Part shown: one piece after another, positions 54,650 to 64,000 of the stretch | Layout: every line of letters begins with the position of its first letter | Numbering within the stretch: the stretch's first letter is position 1 | NCBI RefSeq assembly: GCF_006345805.1 | Contig: NC_043008.1 | Location: 61,070,001 to 61,134,000, forward strand | Direction of reading: 5' to 3' | DNA from: Octopus sinensis | Lineage: Eukaryota | DNA length: 64,000 nt | Program-made: the position numbers and the translations under genes | Notes under the pieces: generated by a model | What the model saw: the letters and a program-made list of their open reading frames with translations, nothing else | Databases searched by the model: none | Told to the model about the DNA's origin: nothing

Positions 54650-54904
54650 CAATGGCGGCCAAAATGTTCAGAACGGCATTGTTTTCGTCAGAAAAGTAGA
54701 TATAATTTTTTATCAAAGTTGTTTTGTATTCAATAATTTTCACAGACACTAAATATGATATTATTTGTTAATGCCTGAGATTTTGGTGTAATTTGAGAGG
54801 ATAATACAAAAGTTATGGATGATTTAGTGATTTACTGCAAAAACCATGGCAGCCAAAATGATCTGACGAAAACAATGCCGTTCTGAACATTTTGGCCGCA
54901 ACTG
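54650..54904. mobile_element. Tc1/mariner-type MITE, 255 bp
   Basis: Perfect 38-bp inverted repeat GCGGCCAAAATGTTCAGAACGGCATTGTTTTCGTCAGA within the termini. Ends CAATG/CAGTT, flanked by TA inside (TA)n. Confidence 0.85.
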
Positions 54905-55284
54905 TATATATATATATATATATATGAGAGTGTGTGTTTGCGTGTGTATGTGCAAGTGGGTGTGTAGCTTAGTGGTAACAATGTTGCACTCATTATCGTG
55001 AGATTATGATTTCAATTACGAAGTCGAGCGATGCGCTGCGATTTTGAGTAAAACATGTGAATCTACGTTGCTCCAGTCCATTCAGAAAGCCAAAACGAGT
55101 AATCCTGAAACGGATTACATCCTGTCCAGTGGGTAGGCATGGGAAATATTATGTGTTTGTGCCTATGGTTCGGAAACGAGTGAATGTGTTTATGAATTTG
55201 TGTTTAGCTCAAAAAAGGCTCGGAAATGGTGCATCCACGAGAAAAATGTAATTTTGGTTTTCAAAATTTGCATCACAAAAACAA

Positions 55285-55424
55285 TGTAGACGACTCATCC
55301 CAAACGATCGTGCAATGGCTACAATTTACTCACCCATTTCATATAATTTTGTCATATCCACTTTATCTTCCAACATTATAGCTTTACGCTTATCACTTTC
55401 GCTAGGATTCTTCTTCGGAGCCAT
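55285..55424 (-). pseudogene. pogo/Tigger transposase N-terminal (CENP-B-like HTH) fragment
   Basis: MAPKKNPSESDKRKAIMLEDKVDMTKLYEMGE*IVAIARSFGMSR. Confidence 0.7.
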
Positions 55425-56369
55425 GGGGCTAAAATGAAACTCACACAAAACTAATTGTACAAAATTTTACAGCACTGTCGATGTGAACACATTAGAAAAG
55501 CTCGCGGCAGGAGCACGAATGCCTCCCTATCGGAAATCATCTGAACTAGTGTACATGTTCCGATTTGTATTGCCGTTAACCTGTCGTTAATGATGCATAC
55601 TGTATTTAACATTCATTTTAATAAACTATACAGATTATATGATTCTCTTTCTTTCTTTTAAATATTTATTTATCGGACACGATTACGAACGTAACCAATC
55701 GATACTACTAACAGTACAGTATAGAATGAATGATATTGCTGCTTTGCCAGGCAACGTAAATTAGTATTGTGTTTAAAATTTATTTAATATTTTACAAAGA
55801 CCTACGTATCTTTGGAAATTAAGTATGTAGATACGACTGAACCAGAGATCTATGTGTATATATACATATACAGGTATCTAGATATATACAAATAGATAAA
55901 TTACAATTATCAGTCATACAAACAAACAAAAATACACGAACACAGATACTACCACATACATACAGTCACATCCACAGTCATACCCACACATACTGACCAT
56001 CTACGCACTCTTCTTGTCGCCAAAAAACCCCCACTTATCTTATTCAGCTTCTGGCCTCTTCAGCACTGTAACCACACTCGCGCACTTAGTGATTTCGTTT
56101 CCTTCATTGGTCTTTCTCCTATCTCCTTGTCGTCGAAAAAGCTATACTCAAAACTTCAATCTCTCCTTTTACCGAGCATCGTAATAGTACATTCCTAGTG
56201 CACGTATACTTGGTTTGTCTGTGTGTGTGTGTGTATGTGTATGTATGCGTATGTGTGTATGTATGTATAATATATATATACATACATAAATTTGGTAGTA
56301 GAAACACGTAAACTGTTGCTATGTGAATACATAAAGTCAGATACTGACACATCGCACGCACATGAATAT

Positions 56370-56419
<50 letters not shown>

Positions 56420-57404
56420 ATATAATATATATATATACATATATACATATAATCATATATACATATATACGTCGAGTTATCCAGCTGATTTACAGTAATA
56501 GGAGGTATAGGTGAGACAGTCTCTTCTGTGTTAAGCTAAGTTGAATAAAGAACATACACATTTAATGATGATATTTTACTTTATACAAATGATAAAATGT
56601 TCATACAACTTATGGTCGTTAGTGGTGTCCTCTACATACTTAAATACGTACATAAATACAAATATATACATACATGAATAAAATTATATATACACAGACA
56701 TATACAGAGGCATACATATACATACATATATACATACGTTCTGTGTGTATCTTTGCAGGAATAAAATGATTTATTTATGTGTTGTGTGATATATTTATAT
56801 AGGAAATGATAACGATTTTAATAGTGAAAAGCACCATAGTCTTAAGAAAGATATATACATATAGTTGATTTTGTACTCTTCTACCACTAATGTACACTAA
56901 GAAACCCTATTTACTGACCATAAAACCTCACCAGCAACACTGTATTTTGCAAATTTCTGTTAGCATTGTTAACGAGAAGAGACTCGTATGACCCTTGCCA
57001 TGTTCAAGTGTATCCAGATTAGATCGTTCTAATGTAATAAATTTTACCCGTTTGATTTGTATATTGTCATTTTATAATCTGATATTCGTTATTCGATTTT
57101 CTATACAATAAATTTGACATTTAATAAGGCAATAAATGAACCTATAGAACTTATTCTAAAGCCAGAAATAGAAGGCCATCTCTCTCAATCCACCAGTTAC
57201 CTCACGATTGCAATTTTCTATGTCCCTTAATGCACAGGGACGTTATAGATGTATGTCTAATCAACAACCCGGAAAAATATTTGAACAGATCAAACTATAT
57301 ACAGTATTTACTTGTCCGTAATATGTTACTATGTTATGCTAACAGTGGGCATGATAGGAATAAATAAATCAGTGTATTATGAATGATATATTTTATGGAA
57401 GCGA

Positions 57405-57817
57405 AGGCTGTGAGCTGGCAGAAACGTTAGCTCGCAGGGGAAATGCTTAGCGGAATTTCGTCTGTTTTTACGTTCTGAGTCCAAATTCCGCCGAGATCGA
57501 CTTTGCCATTCATCCTTTCGGAGTCAATAAATTAAGTACCAGTTACGCACTGGGGTCGATGTAATTGGCTTAATCCCTTTGTCTGTCCTTGTTTGTCCCC
57601 TCTGTGTTTAGCCCCTTGTGGGCAATAAAGAAATAAGAAACGTTTCCTCGCCGGTGATATACTTAGCGGAATTACGTCTATCTTTATGTTCTGATTTCAA
57701 ATTCCACCTTTCATCCTTTCGGGCTCGATAAATTTAGTACCAGTCACGTACTGAGGTAGACCTAATCGACTGGCCCCTCCCCCAACATTTCGGGCCTTGT
57801 GTCTTGAGTATAAAAGA
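57405..57817 (+). mobile_element. Composite (dimeric or nested) OK-type SINE with 17-bp TSD
   Basis: TSD ATATTTTATGGAAGCGA at 57388-57404 and 57818-57834. AGAAACGTT recurs at 57420 and 57636, where the second monomer starts. Confidence 0.8.
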
Positions 57818-58080
57818 ATATTTTATGGAAGCGATCAGATATAGACCGTAAATTCAGGACACCAAACCAAAAACGTCATTCATTAATCACACAGTTTGTA
57901 TTTATTTCAAATTTATGAAAAATGTCGGTAATTTAATGGGGAAGGAATTTCAATGGTATCGAATCCACTACTTGAACTATATTTCCTTTTATCGACCACG
58001 GAGGAATGAAGTACAAAGTTAAACTCCATGAGGTTCGAACTATCGGATGGTATACGGCAATGCAGACTTGTAACATAAAA

Positions 58081-58280
58081 GGCGGCGAGCTGGTAGAAAC
58101 GTTAGCACGCCAGGCGAAATGCGTAGCCGTATTTCGTCTGCTGTTACGTTCTGAGTAATTTATCGGGGTCGATAAATTAAGTACCAGTTACGCACTGGGG
58201 TAGATGTGGTCGACTTAATCCATTTGTCTGTCCTTGTTTCTTCCCTATATGTTTAGCCCCTGGTGGGCAATAAACAACTA
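58081..58280 (+). mobile_element. OK-type SINE with internal deletion
   Basis: Homologous to 32381-32610. Confidence 0.8.
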
Positions 58281-60177
58281 AGAATTGCAACATAACGACT
58301 GATTTATAGATGATAGTGTATTGACTAATAAACGTATGTGCTTCAATGACCGAAGAATACCAGTCGCTTTTATGAACCAGAAACATAAAACAGCTGAGTC
58401 TATTTGGAGAAGAATATGATATTTCCATTTCCTAGAGAAGGGGGAAACAGCAGACAATTCACCTTCGAATTAGTAGTGCAGTCTTAAATAAAAAAGGAAG
58501 AGCACATTTAATACGCTTTTCGTTGATGACATTCTGCCTTAAAAAATTCAGTAGAATCGAAATAAAATAAACACAAGTGAAGCGACCATAAAATTGTTAG
58601 ATTATTTGTCAGCAAAGGCTTGCTAGAGCAACTGAAAAAAAAAATCTTTAAATATTAACAACAATGGAGAGTAAAGGTAATTGTCTTTTCCTGAGCATTT
58701 GACCAGCTAGAAATAGCGGCCAAATCCTGCAGAAACCAGTGCATATTAGATAGTTACAGTTGGAATACCTTTTATGGAGGCATATTCCTTAGGACTGACC
58801 TGCGGCTAATTGGAAATAAAAAACTCATCAATAACAATAAAACAAATATTGTCTTTCACCTTTTTATGGTTTTGATATCATAAACTGAGATAACTGAAAC
58901 CTGTAAAATTTTCACTGTAATGCGTGTAACTTCATAGTGTAACCAAAATTGTTTCGCACTGGTAAACTTGCTCGCTGTTTATAATTGTTTTCCAATTTGT
59001 AAAACTCAGTTTCATGAAAAAAATATTTCAAAAGCTTATTTTAAGCTTTGAGTGTAGTAAACATCTATATTTACCGATGCAACTAACATTCTTTTGTATG
59101 AGTCATTCTGTGAACCAATTAGTATCTAACATGAATTGTGTGCTGTGCAGCAACTGTTGTTTCTTGTTTTCTTATCTTTAGAAAGTATGAGAAACGGCTA
59201 TTTCCTTCAAACTTTGCTTTTGTTATATGTATTCAAACCTCAAAGGATCCCTCTCAACATATGACTATAATGCACCCCCATATAGTCAGCCACTAAGGCT
59301 GTTAAAGTGGTTATGGTCAAGCAACGGACAAGTAATTCTGTGGAACTGAGCAGAATATTTGCCATGACGATATCTCCGCTTCGGCAACTCAGGCTGAATC
59401 TGTCTGAAATGTAATGGAAATAGGTCAATTTTAAAAGATTGATGTTCAGGTCACAAAATCATTATTTGCAAGGAATAGCAGTTATTTACTTTGGTTTCTA
59501 GACGGAAGCAAATAAGAAATAACACTTTGCTGACAAAAGACAAAAAAAAAAAAAATTAAATGCTACACACTATTATTATTAAGATTTTTGGTTTCTAATA
59601 AATGTTGTTGAAGGTTCCAATTTTTACCTCAGTTCCTCATATTCAATGAGATTACAGATTACAATTTTATAAATATTCTGTTCAACATAAGTGTCGTTAA
59701 GTGTATTCATATAAGAACAATGGAATGATAAACGTATTAGCATAATTGGCTTTGGTGCTGGAAGAGAATTAGGGTTGATCAGGAAAATAAATCCATTATA
59801 ACATTATTATAGAATTTTCCTGCACTTGATTAACTTCTAATATACAAGAAGAATAAAGTGTAAAGAATAAGCAACAACGAAAACAAAACGATCAAAACAC
59901 ATTAAAGCATAAGAATATGGCTTCAGATATAAACTGATGCTGATAGTAGCAAATATACGTAGACGTACAAATATATCTGTACAAATAATTTAGATATATA
60001 CTATATAACTTCACTATCTGTAGGTTATCATGCACAGCGTATCAACATAATTTATCAGTGTGTAATAATGTAGTGTGATACCACTAGCTTTACTATTCTA
60101 ATATTAGTTTGAAATGTTCATTTACATTATCTGTACGATCTCCCAAAGAAAACTTTCTTATTGAAGCTCACACACGC

Positions 60178-60243
<66 letters not shown>

Positions 60244-60299
60244 GTGCATGTAGCTTTATAAATATAAAATGCGACACTCTATAATGAGTTAGACTTATG

Positions 60300-62375
60300 T
60301 ACGTGGTGGTCCCGAAAAGTCCTGGCTTTAAAAATATTTCGAAATGCCTTGTTAGAGACCCATATTTCCAAATTCGTTTACAGAGCTTAGAAAACTTAAG
60401 GACTGCTGCAATAAGTGTGTAAATCTGAGAGGGGGATATGTTAGTTAGTTAGTTAGTTAGTTAATTTGGCTCAAAAGCAAATAGCAAGGCCATGTAGGGG
60501 GACATGGAGTTAAGTACAGGGTGGTGTTCATGTAAAGAGTTCAGGCCACTTGAGGTCCAGGGAGGCTTTGAACAAAGCGGTCGTCGGCATCTTCAACATC
60601 TCGTCTGGCAGCTTGTTCCACGGATCCGCAACCCGGACGGAGAAAGCTCCTCTCCTTCGATTGAGATGAAATCGTCGCAGGTAGAGCTTTTCGGAATGAC
60701 CCCGCAGCCGACGCTCCGGAGCAGGAGTGAAGAACAGCTCTTTCGAGAGGTTACACTTCCCGCTTATGATGTTGTGGGCGAGAATGAGATCACCACGGCG
60801 GCGGCGTTTTTCAAGAGAATAAAGGTCGAGCGTCCTCAGCCTTTCTTAGTAGGGCAAATTTTTGAGACCATGAACCATGCGGGTAGCCAGCCTCTGGACT
60901 CTTTCGAGGTGCTGTATGTCTTTGAGGAGATAAGGAGAAGAGGCTTGAATCCCATACTCCAATATGGGTCTCACCAGCGTGACATAGAGTGGCAGGAATA
61001 TGGCTGCTGTGAGCATTCCGAATGACCGTCGAATCAAAAACAGAATTCCGCGCGCTTTGTTGGCAGCATGGACGCACTGGGCCGAAGGCGAAAAGGAGGA
61101 ATCCACCAAGATACCCAGGTCCTTTACCTGATCGGTCCTCTCCAGCAGATTTCAGCTCGAAATCAAGTTGAGTTGCAGGAGTAGAGCTGACAGGCAGATG
61201 ACAGCACTTTGACACGTTCAGACACAGGTCCCAATCGTTAGACCACTTCCAAATTTGGTGGAGGCATCGACGAAGATCCTCTATACTACCGCGAGGAGCG
61301 ACCAGTTTGATATCGTCGGCAAATAGAAGGGTGTGTTGCGTGAGGTCGTCAGGCAAGTCATTTATGAAGACTAAGAACAACAAGGGCCCAAGCACTGAAT
61401 CTTGAGGCACGCCACTGCTCGCACTGGAGACGTCGGACCGCGAACCATTAACTTGAACTTGGAAGGAGCGATCTGAGAGGAAGGCTCCAACCCATCGTAC
61501 AATATCCGGATGGAAACTATATGCTTGAAGCTTGACAAGTAGTAGGCAGTGGTTTACCGAGTCAAAAGCTTTGGCAAAGTCCAATAAAACGATGTCAACA
61601 CCATCACTATCATCGAGGATGCGCGTCACCAATTCTTCCATTACTAGTAAGTTGGTCAAGCATGATCTCTTCGGCACGAAGCCGTGTTGGGAATCAGTGA
61701 TCGAGACTGTGTTTAGGAGGGGGAGCATCATACTTTTCTTAAGGATGGTTTCGAACATCTTGCTGATTATTGATGTAAGGGAAACCGGTCGGTAGTTAAG
61801 CGGGTCTTCGCGGCTCCCTTTCTTGAAAATTGGGCAGATTATCGCTGTTCTCCAGTCTGCAGGTATAACACCCGTCGCCAATGACATATTGAATAGTCGT
61901 GTTAAGGGCTCGCAGATGACCGGAGCCAACGCTTTGATAATCCGTGGGTGTATGCCGTCAGGGCCGTGACCCTTGTTGACATCGAGGCCTTGAATAACGC
62001 GTTGACTTGGTCCCGCGTGATGATCAATCGAAGCATTGGAGGTACCGATCTATCAAATGGAGGGGGTTCACGACCATCATCTTGTTTGAAAATAGTTGAA
62101 AAAGCCTCGGCAAATAATTGACTCTGTTGATAAGGGTCCTCAATCGATACGCCTGTTGAGTCTACCAACGTTGCAATCTGGTTGTTCAAGCGGGAATTCC
62201 GCTGGACATGGGCAAAGAAGGTTTTTGGATTGCTACTGGCATTTGCCGCGATTTTGTATTCATAACTGAAGCGGTCTTTCTTTTCAATTTTCACGGCTCG
62301 AATAAAATCACATTCAACTGATACGACTGTGTTTTCTTTTCCCAAAATCCATGCAATTTCCAGCATCCCCGCTCA
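60300..62375 (+). mobile_element. Mariner-derived short element split by the CR1 (60300-60442 plus 62300-62375)
   Basis: Left flank encodes a mariner C-terminus (CNKCVNLRGGYV). Removing the LINE joins ..GGATATGTT to GAATAAAATC.., restoring a YVE* ending followed by a TIR-like end. Confidence 0.6.
60443..62299 (-). mobile_element. Young, GC-rich, 5'-truncated CR1-type LINE with (TAAC)n tail
   Basis: RT motifs NYRPVSLTS, QHGF, LDFAKAFDSV, GVPQDSVLGP and FADD. C-terminus WNKLP..FKASLD. Frameshifts near 61.95 and 61.15 kb and a stop at about 60824. Tail GTTA repeats at about 60443-60463. Confidence 0.9.
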
Positions 62376-62481
62376 TTTGCCACAAACAGAGCCTCAAATG
62401 CAAAATATAAGTTAGTCCTAGAGCACACAATGTTCCTGAAGGTCATCAGCAGTGGTCTTCCTCGGTCACGAGTGGACGGCT

Positions 62482-62584
62482 ATCATTTAGAATACACCCA
62501 ACGTGCACCGAGGAATTCTTTACGTATATCCTCCGTATTAATCATTGAGAATACACCCAACGTGCACTGAGAATTCTTTACGTA
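62482..62584. repeat. Two ~45-bp direct repeats with a 59-bp period
   Basis: ATCATT.AGAATACACCCAACGTGCAC.GAG(G)AATTCTTTACGTA at 62482 and 62541. Confidence 0.85.
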
Positions 62585-62784
62585 CATCCAGCAACGACAA
62601 TACGCTATTCCAGATGTCACCTGGTAACCATTAACGGTCAACTTGCTCTTCAGACACACTACAAGTTACATTCCCCCAAAATATTTGGATACTAAACCTT
62701 AAAGTCTCCTATCTTTTGCTGATTAAAAACACACGCCATTTATTTGATCTTCCCTTTTGTTTTATTATAATCATAATTTTAAAG

Positions 62785-62990
62785 ACGGCGAGCTGGCAAA
62801 ATGGTTGCCACGACTGGCAAATTGCTTAGCGACATTTCGTCCGTCGTTACGGTCTTGGTCAAAATGCCGTATAGATCGACTTTGTTTTCATCCTTTCGGA
62901 ATCGCTGAAATAATTTCTATTTGAGCGTTGGGGTCGATCTAATCGACTAGACCTCTCCCCCTAAATTTCATGCCACGTGCTTATAAAAGA
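62785..62990 (+). mobile_element. Older OK-type SINE
   Basis: GGCGAGCTGGCA..GATCGACTTTG..TCATCCTTTCGG..GGGGTCGATCTAATCGAC. Confidence 0.7.
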
Positions 62991-63759
62991 GGTGATTATA
63001 ATTCTTACCTTTTTATCAAAATTCATTTCTCTCACATACTGTGATCCCACGGGTAAAATTTTGTCATGCCTATTCCATTTTCTCTTTTGTGATATGTGTC
63101 CCCATCTGTGCACGCACTTACGTTTCCATCTGTATGTTTCTATGTGTTTAGTATGTGTGTCTTGTGTGTGTATATGTATTTGTATACTACCCTGTTTGTA
63201 CCTGTATTTATTTCACGTTCTCTAGTTCTGTATTTAGTCATCAGTTTGTGTATTGTGATGGAGTGGGCAGTTATTACTCCATTTACGTTTCCTATTGAGG
63301 ATCGTTATACCTTCTATCATGCATGTGATACCCTACAACGTAGTCTTGGAAGAGATTTCAATTTTGTATACAATTGAACACAAATTTAAATGACAATTGG
63401 GTGTATCTTGATACTGATAAAGCCACTGATAACATTCAAGTAATTTCCATCATCAATTTAAATTAGTCGATAAAATATCATGCATATGCAATATATATTT
63501 CTTGCTCTATATTCTGGAGCCTGAGGATGGTAAAATTCAAAATTCTAGAATGCTCCTCTTTTCTGCGGCGTCTGAGAATTTAGTACCTTTGATTAGTAAC
63601 AAACAAGAGAATGAAACGAGGCGTTTTAATAGTGAAACTGATGCATCAATATCAGATATTATCTTAGTCTTCTCAGATAATACCTGGAGACTATACATAC
63701 GTCTATTTTTAGCACTACTTTTTTCTCCTTTCTCTAGTTCTTCTTTTTATAATTTTCCT

Positions 63760-63768
63760 CCATCATCG

Positions 63769-63806
<38 letters not shown>

Positions 63807-63905
63807 GTCGTCGTCGTCGTCGTCGTCGTCGTCATCATCGTCGTCGTCGTAGTCGTCGTCATCATCATCATCATCACCACCTTCTTCCTCTTCTTCTTCT
63901 TCTCT
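63760..63905. repeat. Compound (TCA)n/(TCG)n/(TTC)n array
   Basis: Seen directly. Confidence 0.9.
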
Positions 63906-64000
63906 TTCTTATCTCGTTAACACTCTTCGGCCGATAGCATTAAACACCGGTAAGAAACTGAGGTTGTTTCTCACCTCATATTGCTGACTTTGCGCTAAAA

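Noticed and set aside
60504-61025. 173-aa + strand ORF, and similar ORFs at 29695, 31353, 33836 and 61532
   Set aside because: They are antisense shadows of LINE coding regions.
62482-62584. CRISPR-like repeat-spacer appearance
   Set aside because: Only two units, a 14-bp spacer, no cas genes, and a eukaryotic context.
63502-63852. 116-aa ORF ending in poly-Ser
   Set aside because: Length is inflated by the (TCA/TCG)n array, it has a TTG start, and no motif is recognisable.

Overview
This is AT-rich, microsatellite-saturated eukaryotic DNA, most likely from an Octopus (coleoid cephalopod) genome. That call rests on the tRNA-derived SINE families, which I recognise from memory as OK/OR-type, and on the dense (TA)n/(CA)n/(TAA)n arrays; no database search was run. 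I found no intact host gene, only a few weak + strand exon candidates. Most long ORFs in the track are microsatellite translations or antisense shadows of transposons. The window is a layered transposon landscape. (1) Two Penelope-like (GIY-YIG) elements: one at 7.2-9.4 kb bracketed by ~500-bp inverted repeats carrying a hammerhead-ribozyme motif, and one at 11.6-14.3 kb split by a SINE and a full-length decayed mariner. (2) An R4-clade cluster at 26.8-35.1 kb with two young Dong-type copies sitting in (TAA)n tracts and facing each other across a head-to-head SINE palindrome. (3) CR1-type and RTE LINE fragments, including a young GC-rich CR1 at 60.4-62.3 kb. (4) Mariner, pogo and Tc1-MITE remnants. 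(5) Short (TA)n-anchored repeats with minimal hammerhead-like motifs. (6) Three tandem duplications whose junctions lie in TA microsatellites. The most interesting signals are the ribozyme-bearing Penelope-type repeats, the nested inverted repeats with dsRNA potential, and the repeated use of microsatellites as insertion sites. I found no convincing wholly new system.
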